Of a stretch of 64,000 nt of DNA, positions 27,601 to 42,600 are shown one piece after another. The notes under the pieces were generated by a model. That model worked only from the letters and a program-made list of their open reading frames with translations, ran no database searches and was not told the DNA's origin. A program made the position numbers and the translations under genes. Origin of the DNA: Lama glama (taxonomy: Eukaryota); NCBI GenBank assembly GCA_028534125.1, contig CM052816.1, forward strand, positions 55,802,001 to 55,866,000, read 5' to 3'. Positions within the stretch are counted from its first letter, which is position 1, and each line of letters starts with the position of its first letter.

Positions 27601-30600
27601 GATCAAAATTTTAGATGAGGCATTTTATTTTGTTTTCAATCTTTTCCCCTTCAATATTTCTTACCCTTTCTTTCCGTGCTGTGAAATACAAGAACGATGA
27701 ATAATGTCTGAGAATTTTCTTGCTAGTGACTTTTACTTACATCTCAAACTATAACGACAGACTTTCAGTGTATTTGAGGATTTAGATAGCCAAGCTACGT
27801 AAATTAGAACCTATTTTTCTCTCTGACCCTAACCCCTGTTTGGTAGACCAGTCATCTCCAAAGGTATTTTCAGACCTACACGTAATTTAGCTTGTTTATA
27901 CTCCTAAAGTTCATCCATTAACTTTTCGGCTCTCCATTTTTGCAGTCACTTGAACTGTAAATGTTAACTAATTGGTAGTAATTGTAAAAGTAACTGGAAT
28001 GATAGAGCAAAGAAAAATTACTCTATTTGAAATTCCTTTAAATGAAAAAAATTTAAATTGTATATGAATGAGAAATGGTGTTTTTTTCTTACCATTTAAA
28101 ATTTTATATTTACTTATTAATTAATTAATTGATTTTTTGTTGTTGTTTAGGACTAGAAAAAGTAGTCCAATGTTCACTGTGTCATGTACCCAGGCTGAAC
28201 TTTCACTGAACCACCAGAGTGTTCGAGGTATGCTTTTATGGGTAGAGTCACATAAAGTAAATTTGTCTTTGCCTAAAAATAGAAGGCTTAGTTAGCTATG
28301 AATTTATTGACAACCAGGCTGGTCTCCTGTACATTTTACATATGAAATCATTCTACATTAATTTACTTATATGAGAAGCAACTCAGGTTCAATCAAGACT
28401 TGCTCGACCAAATGTCTACTCTTTTGACTTGTAATTTTGGGGCTCAAATTTGAAAGGAATGTTTGTTTTTTCTGCTTATAGCATTCTTTTTTTTTCTTTG
28501 TTTTGTTTGTTTTTGAGGAGGGAGGTAATTAGGTTTATTTATTTATTTATTTTAACTTAATGGAGGTACTAGGGATTGAACTCACGACCTCGTGCATGCC
28601 GAGCATGTCCTCAACCACTGAGCTAAACCCTCCCTGCTGTTTATAGTATTCTTAATATGTATGTGATATCTTTCTTGACTGGTAGTTTCCACAGACCATT
28701 TACTTGACTTCAGCTATGTTAATCAATGGCTGTCTTTCTCTTTGAGTGTCTCCTGTGTATGTTGTATGATAGCGTAGTAAGTATTCTTAGTGGTCATTGA
28801 AACCTTGTATTACAAGAAAAGGCACAAGAATATGATACTTGAAATCGAAAAGTTACATTTTAAAAGTTCTATCTTCTGTTTTGTACAGAAGCTCTAACTT
28901 CTGTTCTATTCTGCTACTATAACAATAGGAGTACCACTTAGGCCCATTACCAACTCTTGCATGTACTCCTAGTGCTTAGATTTTGGTATGTAATACTTAT
29001 ATGTTCATTGTTTTAACAAATATTTATTGAGCCTGCTATGTGCCAGGTGTATGGGTGCTTTAGGTATACAACTGCTAAATAAACTGGGAACCCTTAAAGG
29101 ATAGCAAATCTGTTTTGGGACTTGAAGATAATTAGAATGAATTTGAAACATCTTTCCATTTTTGGAAAGCACAGATGCTTTCAAGGATGTCTGGCAGCAG
29201 GGCTAAAAGGATAAAGGGCTTTGTCAGTTGTGTTCCCACTGACCAACCTGTGACACAATTAGTTGGGAGAAAAAAATCCAACAATGATTTTAGCTCATGG
29301 AAGTAGCTTAAGTTGGTGAAAAAAATCATAAGTTTCTAATGATAGTCACAAAATGTTAATTGAGACTACAAAAGGTAGTCTCAGTACAAAAAGAAAAGGA
29401 ACTATAGTAGAATGTTTAAAAATTTTTAATGACTTTAAGAAATAGAGACCTGTTAATACATGTGCGTTTGGGACAATCTCCTGACTCCTTGGCCCCTACA
29501 TGATGTCCCTTAGTATGCCTAACTTAACAGCATGAATTCATTTAAATTCTGTTACCTACAATGGAAAAGATAATGACACTGAGAAAGTAGATACGATTTT
29601 TCCTCAGGTAGTTGCAAATACTTAGAATAGCTCAGCCAAAATAGAGAGGTTGGTTTTTAACTAAACAAATTCCAAATAATTATAATTTTACCTGGCTTCC
29701 TGTGAAATATTATTTAAGAAATGGAAGAATTTTGTAACTTTGTTGCCAACGTAATACTTTTATATCAATAAATTGGTATATTTATGAATATTTGATATAG
29801 CACATGAATGAGGGAGTCATTTTAAGTATGTGATTAAGAAATGCTGTGTGAGATAATATGTTTTAATGCTTTAATAAAACTGGAGTGTAAACATATAATG
29901 TTATCTTCCAGGGACTGAGGCTGAAAATCCTGAAGTATTGCCACATCCAGAAAAGGTTGGTCTGTATAATAGAGATTAGCTATTCAGATCTTGGGTTTTG
30001 ATTTTTCTAAAAATTGTATTGATTAAAGTATCAAGCCCATCCAGGCTGGAAGATAACTAGGCAGGAATATAACTAAACTGTTTCAATAGATAGAAATCTA
30101 TTCTTGTCTAACAGCTCCTTTCGGTATTTGTTCTTCCTTATCTCTAATGAAATACAATTTTCTTGACCTGTGTTTCTCATCTAGCATTGTCTCTTATTCT
30201 TTATCTAGAAAAGAAACATATATTTTAATATCAGAGTAGTCTCTGAGATGTTGTAGCAAAAATGCCTTCTGTTGCTTTGTCTATTACCCTAGTTCCTCTG
30301 ATATTTCCTGTTAGAATCTGCTTTCCCGTCTTCCAGTTGTTAATCAGTAACCACATGTTGAGTGCTTGTTTTGGCTTTGCTTTCTGCTTGGTGCAGTGGG
30401 GACTTAGAGGACAGTAAGACTGACTCTGCCCATAACAGACTCCTGCAATCAAGGACCTCCCAAGCCAACCCTACCATACCTGTACCTTTCTTCATCTCAG
30501 TTGAACCTTACATATTCGCACCTCCATGCCTTTATTCAGTGAGGAGACAGAAAACAAGGGAAAGAGCATACCGTTTGGAACCAGATATGTGTGTGTTCCA

Positions 30601-33600
30601 AGGGCATGTGTGTCAATTACATGTGTATTATATGGAAAGTTATCCCTTTCATAGTGATAGTATAGTGAGGACTGAGAGCAATAATAGCTCATGGTGTCTG
30701 GCACCTAGGTTGCTTAATAAATATGTGTTTTCCTTCTTTCACTCCTTTGCAAATCACTAATTTCTGGCGTAAGTCCCTTCATTCTCTGTGGATTTGTCTC
30801 AGGACTGTGATGATCTTGACCAAAGTAATTGCTCCCTTTTTTCATTACTCACTGAATGTCAGTATTTCCCAATCACTTGCATCCTATGACATGAATAGAT
30901 CTTCAGAGAAAAAGGATTTTTTTGAACAAGGAAGTTTAGAGAACACTGTATGCTCAAGTCTCCTCAGAGACTTAGAAATTCACATACTCTAAAAAGTCTA
31001 TGGTAAAGAAACCTGTTTACTTTGTTTAACCAAGCATTTTTCAGGCGATCATGAAAATCCTTCACTGCCTCCCTTTTTTTTCCCCCCAGAAAACTTATTC
31101 TTACAATACTAGGGCTATGGTTTATGCCATTCATTTGAGTTCATTTTTGACATTATTTATAATTTATTTAATATCTTATGTATTAATGCCTTCAGTATTC
31201 ACTTAGAAACTAAGTTCCTTTGGGGCAGAGTTCAATATATTTACTTTATTACATTTACGGCTTTGAATTTAGTAGGTACAGGGACTTCAAATAGGAGGGA
31301 GACCTTGAACTGTGACTTAAAGAATAGATACGATCCAGCTTTTCAGTTCCTTCTAAATTTCTTTTATCTTTCTGAGCAAATTAGAGTTTGCACTACTAAT
31401 AAATATATCTTCTCAACCTCTGTATGCTATGTAAAGAGAAGATAAATGGAAGAGAAGGAGAATAAAATATTTTCCACCTCTCTTATTCAAATCAAATTTG
31501 GGCATTAGGGGGCTTACAAATTACAGTGCATCCTGGCAGAGTGATGTGTAAGTGAAGGTGAATGTGGTTTTTAGAAACAGCCAAAAGTCACTTGAAACCC
31601 ATTCTGTTTTGTAAGGTCAAGCAAATTAACAGTTTTAATGAAGGAAAAAAGTCCAGTGCCTTTAAAGTATTGAGACTGATTTTCTTGAATGACTTATAAA
31701 TGATTTTGAAAGCACTTCAAAATAGGAGGTCCAATAATATTTTGCTCATTGGAAACATGGTGAGGAAATGTATAACCTATTAAGGTGATGTCTTTTAAAA
31801 TAATAGTCATTTAGAAATAAGAATTTTCTGTTTTTTGTTTAATGTAACCACAACTGAGAACCATTGATTTATAGCCAGAGCTTATAATGTTTTCATAGAA
31901 AATTCATTTCTTTTCTTTTTCCCACTGACCTCCTGTTCTTTACTTCACATTTACATATTTACACAGAGGTGAGGAATAAAAAGGTGAAACTATACCAATT
32001 TTGTTCCCATTTAGTAATTTAAATTAAATTCAATAGAGATTTTTAGCAAGGGAGAATTTTACAACCATTAACTGTAGGGAAGTTTTTAGATTATCTGTTA
32101 ATTTAACTATCCATGTCATTGCTGCCTCTTCCCTTAGCCCAGATAATTTCAATTTAGCTGAATAGATAATTTGCCATCTGTAATTATGGCCCAGCCAATT
32201 TTATCCTTGGTCCACTATTGAATGTTTAACCATGTATTCACAGTCATTAGTACTTTGGTATAAGAAAGTAATAAAGAGTATTTTTATTTATGGAAGGGAG
32301 GACAGTTGATAAAGCTTTTTGAAGGTAGCTTAGCAATATGATCAACTAGAATACTATGGCATTTTCATTTTAAACACTTTTGTATACACTATAATGATGG
32401 AACTTCTCTTTGGAATATACAGGAACTAAGTGCAGGCAGAGACTCTCCTGAAATAAGCCTTCTCTCAGGTACTATTACTGAAGAATCTAGTAAATTTGCT
32501 GTAAAGGAAAAATCATTAATAGAGCCAAAGAAGATCTTAGCAGCACCAAATACGTTTTCTGAGCCTGGAAAGGAAGTCGTGTTAACCGTGACTTCTAAAG
32601 AAACCAAGGATGAAGAAAGCTCTCTTGAAACTTTTGTGTCTGCCTTGGAAGGATTACTAACATCACCAGAAATCACCCAGGAGGAAAGATTGTTTGGAAT
32701 AGTGAGTAATTTTAAACCTAGAGAGTTGATGAACCCATTGAGCAACTCTTTGAGTTCCCTATCAATGCCTTTGACATGTCACGAAGATTTACTAGAAAAC
32801 ACAAAGGATGATGCATTGCCAGCTGAGTTGTTAGCAGCCCTAAATACATTGTCAGAAGCCAAGGTGGAACCCATCTGTCACAGAAAAGAGGGAGGCATTT
32901 GTCTCAGTACTGGAAATGAATGTTTAGAAGTGGAGCCTAGTATGTCTCAGATTGATGAAGATTGTACACAAGTAGCAGAGGTGAATTTTGAGACTCTTTG
33001 TTCTGCTCCACCATTTGAACAAGATTCCAGGTTGGCTGAGCTGCAGAACAAGCATCTTTCAGTGCAGCAAGTAAGTAAGCATGAGTCTATGATTTTGCCT
33101 TTTATAGTAACCTTTAACAAGTCTTCCTTGCCCATATAGTTTATTTTAAATGCAAACCTTCTGGCGGGGGAGGATATATAGCTGAGTGGTAGAGTGCATG
33201 CCTTTCCTGGGTTAAATCCCCAGTACCTCCATTAAAACAAACAAACAAACAAACCTAGTTACCTCTCCCCCTTAAAAAATTTAAAAAATAAAAAATTTTA
33301 AAAAGTAAGTTATTTAAAAAAATTCAAACCTTCTATCCATATACCAACACTCAGAAGATACATCTTGATTTTGAAGAATACAGTGATATTTTTTGAGGTT
33401 CCCAGGGTAAAATTTTCAAGGGATTAAAAAGTAAAAATAGGTAAGTTTCTCCCCTAAAAACCTAAGAGGATATATCATCATTAGATTGCTTACATACAAG
33501 GAAAAAATTCTTTACCAGAATTATCCCTGTTACCTTACAATATCACTGTGTCTACCTGGATACAGAGTAGAGATGAGATACCCCATGTTAACTTCTAGTT

Positions 33601-36600
33601 GGACATAAAATATATGCAGTTGGGCTGCCAGGAGAGGGAAAAACTTATGCCTGGCTTCAATAGATCTTTACATTCTGTGTCTGAAGATACTGTCAGGTGA
33701 CACAGTCCTTGATTTGGAATTCCTAGAGTATTACACTTTGAGACCCTCTAGTAGCCTACCATTTGCCAAGTCCCTTTTTCTTGTTGATAATTTTTTTCCT
33801 TTTAAAAATAATCTTGGGGAGTGGAAAGGGACAGGCTGGGAGTTCGAAATTTGTGGATACTGACAGGCATATGTAGGATAGATAAAAATAATCTTTATTT
33901 TTTTCCTCATTAAAATAGCAATACAGCCTCATTATAAATAAATCAAATATAGCAATACATAATAATACAGGAAGAAAAAGTCCCCCACAATTGCACTTTC
34001 TAGAGATAATTACTGTTAACAGTTTGGTGTAGGCCTCCATTTTTATATGCATATTCTATGTAAATTTGTTTTATGTAATGGGATTATATTGTGCATAGTG
34101 CTTTGCAACTTGTTTTTTAAATTTAATAGTACATCTTGATTATCTTTCTATGTCGACAAATGTAGCAGTACTTAAATGTTTTTACTTGTTGAATGGTATT
34201 CCACTGTATGGCTATATTTTGTGTGTGCATGTATTTATATGTATGTATAATAGTATAACTTATTTGACCAGTTTCTCTCATGATGATCATTTGCATTGTT
34301 TTCTTTCTTTTTTTTTCCTTCTGGCTATTACTAAAATGCTCCTATGAACATTTCTTGGAAGATTTAAATAACATGATACTGAGTTCATGTTATAACATAC
34401 ATACTTGGAATAATACTACATAAAATTCTGGTCAAAAAATTTCAAAACAGACATAATAAGATTTTTAAAAATCCAGAAAAGAGAAACTAATCTTAGGGAA
34501 AGGGCATAGGATTAAATTAAACATTCCAGGGTTCTAGTCTAAAAAGAGGTAATATGAATAAAGTATAGGAAATTATGATTGGTATTGACAGAGTGAGCAT
34601 GAATTTAGCAGGTCCTCAAAAAAAAAATCTGCTTTAAAGTAGAAAGGAGATTGATTTAGAATAAATCCAATTAAATACTCTTATTCAACTATAATAAAAA
34701 TATGAGATTGAGAAGCTTTGCAAGCTGGATATACAAATCAATTCAAGAAGGATTTGCATGATACGTAGAAAAATATATATCCTCATGAAAGTTAAATCTA
34801 TAATGGATTATTAAAGGGAAGTTAGAACCATTCATGATACATTGTTAACCTTTCAAAATCAATATAATGGAGGTTATATACTATCTTATCCCGTAAATAC
34901 TACATACTGTTTCTGTCAAATAACAAAATAGTAGGCTGAATGGAACATTGATCTAGCCCACTGTTTTTATGTGTCTGGCATCATTGTATGCTACCCATTT
35001 CCTGTGAAATTAAAGTACCCAGAGTGACCTTAGGTTTACCCTTGATTTTTAAGGATCAATGTTGATAAAAATAATTTTTACTTATGTTCTTCCAGTCTTA
35101 GGCTTTTAAATCTGCATTACCTTTTAGTTTATTACAAAATTATTACAAAATTTTCATCATGTTCATAGATGTCTATGAGTTTTTCACTTCCATCTTACGA
35201 GATATTTTTGTGTGATCAAAGGACAAGATAAAACTTAATTTTTTCTACTTTTAATTTTTTTTGCATTGTTATAATTATTTGTGTATGTACTTACATCGTA
35301 TTACAGACTCTTGAAGACCCAAATCCATTAGGATTGCAAACTTTGGTTCATCAAAATGTCGCCTCTTATAATCCACTAAATAATAAGGGGAATTCAAATC
35401 CAGTGGAAAATCACTCTGACCAGGACACTCCATGTGTGTTAAGGAGATCGTCCAGACTGAAAGCAGGCAGAGTTGCAAAGCCCACAAATGACATATATAA
35501 GATGCCAGAGAAGATTTTACCCAAAATACTTGGCTGTGAGGATCAAGCAAATAGTAACTCGTCAACTGAGAATTTCAGGTATGCTGCAGCTCTAAAGATA
35601 ATTTTGTGCTTGGAATATTAGAGTTACAGTTACCTCTAAGTAAAGAACTTTATTTTTCAGTGTTGTTACTGTATTTATTTTGCAATTGAAAAAAAAAACC
35701 CAGAAAACTTTTACTTTTTTTTAAGACAGAGTAATGGGAGATTGTTGTATTTCAGCCTAATGCTAATTTTCTTTCTTTCTTAAACATCCATCACCACACA
35801 TAGTTACAAATTTCCTTTTCTTGTGATGACAACTTTTAAGGTCTACTCTCTTAGCAACTTTTCAAATATACAGTACAGTATTATTAACTATAGTCACCAT
35901 GCTGTACATTACATTCCCTGGACTTACTTATCTTGTAACTGGAAATTTGTATCTTTTGACCACCTTCACCCATTTCACCTACCCACCCCATCCCCCACCT
36001 CCAGCAACTACCAGTCTGTTCTCTGTATCTATGAATATGGGTTTGTTTTTTTTTAAGATACCACTTGTAAGTGAGATCATACGGTATTTGTCTTTCTTGT
36101 CTGACTTATTTCATTTTGCATAATGCCCTCAAGGCCTGTTCATTCACATTGTTGCAAATGGCAGGATTGTCTTCTTTTCTATGGCTGAGTACAGTTCCAT
36201 TGTGTGTGTGTGTATCATATTTTCTTTATTCATTCATCCATCGATGGATACTTAGGTTGCTTCCATGTCTTGGCTATTGTAAATAATGCTGCAGTGAAAA
36301 TGGGGGTGCAGATTTTTTTTCAAGACAGTGATTTTGTTTCCTTTGGATGAATACCCAGAAGCAGAATTGCTGGATCATACGGTAGTTGTATTTTTGATTT
36401 TTTGAGGAATCCCCATACTGTTTTCCATAGTGGCTGCACTGTCTTACATTCAATCAACCATGCATAAGACTTCCTTTTTTTCCCACAACCTCCCTAATAC
36501 TGGTTATTAGTTGTCTTTTTGATAATAGCCTTTCTGACAGGTGTGAGGTGATACCTCATTGTGGTTTTGAGTTGCATTTCCCTGATGATTGGTGATGCTG

Positions 36601-39600
36601 AGAACCTTTTCATGTACCTGTTGGCCATTTGGATGTCTTTTTTGAAAATGTCCTTTTATTTCCTCTCTCATTTTTTAATTGGATTGTTTGTTTTTGCTGT
36701 TGAGTTGTATGAGTTCTTTACATGTTTTGGATATTTACCCCTTTTCAAATATATGATTTGCAAATATTTTCTCCCATTTGATAGGCCATCTTTTCATTTT
36801 GTTGATAGTTTTGTTTGCTGTACAGAAACTTTTTAGTTTGATGTGGTCTCACTTCTTTATTTTTGCTTTTTGTTGCCTTTGCTTTCAGTGTCAAATCCAA
36901 AAAAATCCTTGCAAAGATTGATGTCAGAGTGCTTATTTACTCCCTATGTTTTTTCTTAGGAGTTTATAGTTTCAAATCTTACATCTAAATCTTTAATCCA
37001 TTTGAGTTGATTTTTGTGTGTGATATGTTTCATTCTTTTGCATGTGGCTGTCTAGTTTTCCCAACACTGTTTATTAAAGAGACTATCCTTTCCCCATTGT
37101 GTATTCTTGGCTCTTTTGTCATAAATTAATTGACGATATACAAGCAACTTTACTTTGGGGCTCTCTATTCTGTTGCATTGATCTCTGTGTCTGTTTTTAT
37201 GCCAGCATTTTGCAGTTTTTAATCAGTGCCTTACCACATGGCAAGTCCTTTTTTTCTTGCAAAGAGCCTGTTTCTTTTTACCTAGGAGCTGTGAATACAG
37301 TGGATAGTGAAATGCCAACGTAGGGAGTGAGGGCTAGGAGACTCGGAACACTCACACTTGTGGGTGACTGCCTCCAAAGAAGAGAAACCCACGGGTGGCA
37401 CAAAGACAAGGCTGGAAACCATAATGGCATGTCGCTCACAGAATTATCTGCAATTGACTCAGGAGCCATCTCCATATTTAAAACTGCCATGCAGTTTGAC
37501 AGCAGCTCAGTAAAATACCTTCGAGTTTTTAAGAAATTTAGTTAAAAGTTTGGTGTGATTCTCTATGAGTGGTTGTAGAGAATGTGATAGTAATTTTAAA
37601 ACCACATTTATTTTTCAAGAATGCAGAATCTTGCTTTAAGGATTGAAGGTAAAGGGAAGACTGTGCATTCATCCAGACTCAAGAGTAGAGAACAGATCAG
37701 GAAAAACAAAAAATTTACACGGAAAAATGGTAAGGCATATTTTATTTCTTTACTTCTTTAAATAAGTAACTTAAAGAAACATAGAATTCTGGTACTAAAA
37801 AGGATTTAGAGATACAACTTTCTCATTTACTGATGAGGAAGTTCAGAGAGGTTAAGGATTTTTCCCAGCACTGCACAGCTCATTAGTAGTATAACTAGGA
37901 CTTGATCCTGAACTTCTGCCTCATAGGCTGGTATATTTCCTATACTTATACTGTTGAGAGGTTAGTTTCAGAACCCTTTTCAAATTTAGATGTTTGACCT
38001 ATTTGTGGTGTGACCAAGCTAGCATAGGCTTTGGGAAATTATACCAAGAAGAATAAATAGAAGAAAGAAGGCAATTTTTTTGTATTTTTACATGTTGTTT
38101 CTTTGTTCCTATAAAACACTAAAGAATGAAGTAAAAAACTGTCAGAAACAATGAGAATTTAGAAAGACTATTTACCAAATAACAGGTAATTGTTCAGTTG
38201 GCAAAACTGAAATATGGGCTGTAGATTAAATGATAACATTGTATCCATGTTAAATTTCCCAAATTATAGTTTAGTTATATAAGATAATGTCCTTGTTTTT
38301 AGAGAATATGACTTGTGTATTAGTGAATAAATGGGCATGGTGTATACAAGTTACTCTTTATGTCTATATGTGTCTGTGTGCATATGTATGTGTGTGTAAG
38401 GAGGGAGAGAGTATGTATGTATAAGGAGGGAGAGGACAAAATGTTAACAATGGATGAGTCATTTGTTTTATTTTTACAACGTTTTTAAAAGTGAAATTAT
38501 TTCCAGCTAAAAAGTTGAAAAAATTCAATAAACCAAAAGAAGACAAAAATACTTTACATATATATATATATACACACACACACATATATATATATAAATA
38601 TATATAACCCAGTTACAAAATATAAGAGAAGATCCCATTTATAATAGTTACACAGGAGAGAAAATACCTACTTATATACCTAATCAGAAATTGCCACACC
38701 TGTAAGAGGAGAGTATGAAATTCTGCTGAGGTACATATAGAAAGACTGAAATAAATTGAAAGAAGAACCTCATTCTTGACCATAAAAATTCAGTGTTGTG
38801 AGTAATTTTTCTTCTCCCTTAATTATTCTGTAAATGTATGAGAGCTCAATCAAAAACAGATTTTTGTTTATTTGTTAATTATTTTCTTTTATTTTATTTT
38901 GCTTTGTATAACAGAAGGTTAGCTATGAGAATGATAAAAAATCTTCGGTGGAAAAGTAAATATAAAAGTCTAGCCAAGACAATTCTGGAAAATAAAAGCA
39001 AAGGGGAGCGATGGTGGAAATGTAGATTGGTGCAGCCACTGTGGACAACAGTATGGCGATTTCCTCACCATACAGTCCAGCAATTCTACTCCTGAGTGTT
39101 TATTTAAAGTAAACAGTTATTCTCTCAATAATAGAGTTTCAAAATACCTGAAGCAGACACTAATAAAACTGCAAGAAGAAATAGACAAATCCACAATTAC
39201 AGTCAGAGATTCCAGTACCACTTTTTCAGGGATTGAGAGCTCATTATAGTAACCCAAGTGGACAGATTATCAGTAAGGATATAGAATATTTAAACAACAC
39301 TGTCGACCATCTTGACTTATTTAACATTCATAAAACTTTCCACCCAAGAACAAAAAATCATGCATTCTTTTCTAATGCACTCAGAATATTTATCAAGGTA
39401 GTTTATATGCTGGGCCATAAAGTAAGTATCAATAAATTTAATATGATTAAAGTCATAAGGAGTATTTTCTCTGACACCAAATAGAATTGAATCAGAAATC
39501 AGTAACAGAAAGATCTCTATAAAATCTTGAAATATTTGGAAACTAAACAGCACACTTTAAAATAGTTCATGGGTTAAAGAAGAAATTTAAAGGAAATTTG

Positions 39601-42600
39601 AAAGTGTTTTTAACTAAAGTAAAATGAAAATATAACAGTACTTGGAGATGTCATGAAAAGAGTAATTATCAGGGGAAATTATAGTACTAAATACCTGTGT
39701 TAGAAATGAACACTCTCAAATCCGTGGCATCAACTTCTGTCTTAAGAAACTAGAAAAAGAAGAGTGAATGAAGTCCAGATTTAACAGAAGAAAGGAAATA
39801 GTAAAGACAAAAACAATAGTAAAGCAAAGATCAATGAAACAGAAAACAGAAAAAACCTATAAAACCAATATCTGGTTCTTGGAGAAGATCAGTAAAATTG
39901 ATAAGCCTCTTCCAAACTGACCAGGAAAAAAAGGGAGAAGACATATATTACCAATATCAGAAGCAGGAGAGGTAACATCATGACATGATCTACAGATATG
40001 AAAAGGATAATAAGGGAACATTATGAACAACTTTTTGCCAATACATTCAGCTTTGATGAAATGGACAAATTCCTTGAGAGACACAAATTATTAGAAAGAA
40101 GTGGGCAACCTGAATAATAACATATCTGTTAAATAAATTGCATCTGTAATTAAAAACTTCCTCACCAAAAACTAAATCAAAAAAAAAAACCTCTAGGCCC
40201 AGATGCCTTCTATATTAGTCTGCTAGGGCTACATGACTAAATACCACAAACTAGATGGCTTAAATGACAAATTTATTTTCTCACAGTTCTGGGGGCTGAA
40301 AGTCCTGGAAAAGTGCTGGGAATTTTGGGTTCTGCTGCGACCTCTCTTCCTGGCTTGCAGAGAGTGCGTTCTTGCAGTGTCCTTTTTGTGTGTGCAGAGA
40401 ACTCTGGTACCTCTTCCTTTTTTATAGGAATACCAACCCTATTATATAAGGATTTCAACTTATAAATTTTGTGATGACACAGTTCAGTCTGTAACATCTT
40501 CCCTGGTGAATTCTACCAGACATTTGAGGAAGATATAATACCAGTTATCCACAAACTTATGCAAAAAATTGAAGATGAGGAAATGCTTCCCAGTTCATCT
40601 TACGAGGTCACCATTAAACTGACACCAAAATCAAAGACATTGCAAGAAGAGAAAACTGCAGCTCAGTATTCTTCATGAACTTAGATGCAATAATCTAAAT
40701 TAAATTTTAGCAAATCATATCCAACTTTATATCATCATGAACTTCCAACTATTCAACTATCTAACTTTATAATATCATGACCAAGGGGATTTATCCCAGG
40801 GATGCTGGGTTGGCTTTACGTTTGAAAAATCACTCACTATAATTTGTTATATTAATAAACTAAAAAAGAAAAACCGTATGCTTATCTCAATAGATGCAGA
40901 GACAGATTTTGACAGTTATCTAACATCCATTACTGATGAAAACTCTCAGCAGACTAAGGATAGAGGAGAACTTGGTCACCCTGACAGAGGGCATCTACCA
41001 AAAAATACACAGCTATCATACTCAGTGATGAAAGGCTGAGTGCTTTCCCCTTAGGATCAGAAGTAAGACGGATGTCTGCTCTCAACGCTTCTGCTGATCA
41101 TTGTACTGGAGGTTCTAGCCAGTACAATAAGGAAGAAAAACAAAAGGCATCCATATTGGAAAAGAAGTAAAACAGTCTTTAGTCACAAATGATGTCATCA
41201 TGTATATAGAAAATCTGATGGAATCTGCAATAAAAGTTACTGTGAGTTTAGCAGAGTTGCAGGAAATGAGATCAATATACAAATATTAGTTATATTTCTA
41301 TATTCTAGCAACAAACAGTAAAATTTGAAAACCAAGCAATTAGTTAAATTTATACCACAATATCAAAAAATACTTAGGGATAAAATTTGACAAAAGATGT
41401 ATAAGATAGGTATACTGAAACCTATAAAATACCATTCAGAGAAACCGAGGAAAATTTGATGGAGAGAAATGGAGAGATACAGCTTGTTCATCAGTCAGAA
41501 GAGTCAATATTGTTAAGATGTTATTTCTACTCAGATATATTTATGGATTCTAAACAATCCCAATCAAAATCCTGGGAGGGTTTTTGGCAGAAATTCAATA
41601 GCTGGTTCTCAAATTCATAAGGAATGCAAAGGACCTAGAATAGTAAGACAACTCTGGTAAAAAATTAAGTTAGAGACTAACACTACCTGATCTCAAGAAT
41701 TATTATATGGCTATAAGTAATCAAAACAGCATGGCACTGCAGTCAAGATAGGATGATAGATCAGTGGAAGGAGAAGGAAGTTCAGAAATAAACCCTGAGC
41801 TTTGATAAAGTGGTGAACAGTTGGATATCCATATGCAGCACAATGTTGAGTGTCTCTCTCTGTATATTTGAAGACTGTTGATTTTTGTTTTGGCCAACAA
41901 ATTACTTGAAGATCAGCTTGATCCTTTCAACACTGAAAACCCTGTTAAGCAAGTCTAGTGTAGGCTTTACTCAGGGTCTATTTAGCCCTGTGATTAAGAC
42001 ATGACCCATTAAGGGTCTCTCTAAATGCCCCAATTGTTCAGCAAGGTCTCTCTCTTCAGGCTGGCAGTAATGTGAATGTCTCCCACCCTGTGTGATCTCT
42101 GACAGCTGTCAGTTTATAGTTCCTGGGTAGTTGTTCTTGCCTGGCCTCATGATGATTCACCCCACAGATAAGCGGTTTAGTATTCAGATAACAACTCATG
42201 GAGCCCTCCGTATAGATTTCTGGTACCTTTTCTCTATTCCCTCATCTTTGGTGCCCTACCGTGCAAATGCTATTCACGCCATCTTCCTCAAACTCTAATC
42301 TGTCTCCTTAATTCAGCGGAGTCACCTTGGTATTCTTGTGCAATACTCTGAAAAGTCTCCAGACAAGAAGCTGGAGTGACCTTAGGGCTCACTTCAGTGT
42401 TTGCCTTCACTCAGGAAAGACATAGATCTGAACTACCTGTTTTGCAATGTCTGAATATACCTTTCTTCCCCCCATATATTTTGTCTAGTGTTCTAGTTGT
42501 TTACAGTGGGATGGCAAGTCACAGTTTTTTAGTCATGACTGGAAGTGAATGTCTTTGATGACTAAGTTTTCACTGATGATTTTTATATTCTTTTTAATCT

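Noticed and set aside
30362..30992. 132-aa and 89-aa + strand ORFs in intron 6
   Set aside because: Non-ATG starts, overlap with a MIR-like remnant, no recognisable homology, and exon 6 joins exon 7 in frame without them.
32389..32745. Antisense 118-aa ORF, and similar small ORFs over exons 8 and 14
   Set aside because: Shadow frames of ANKRD31 coding exons.
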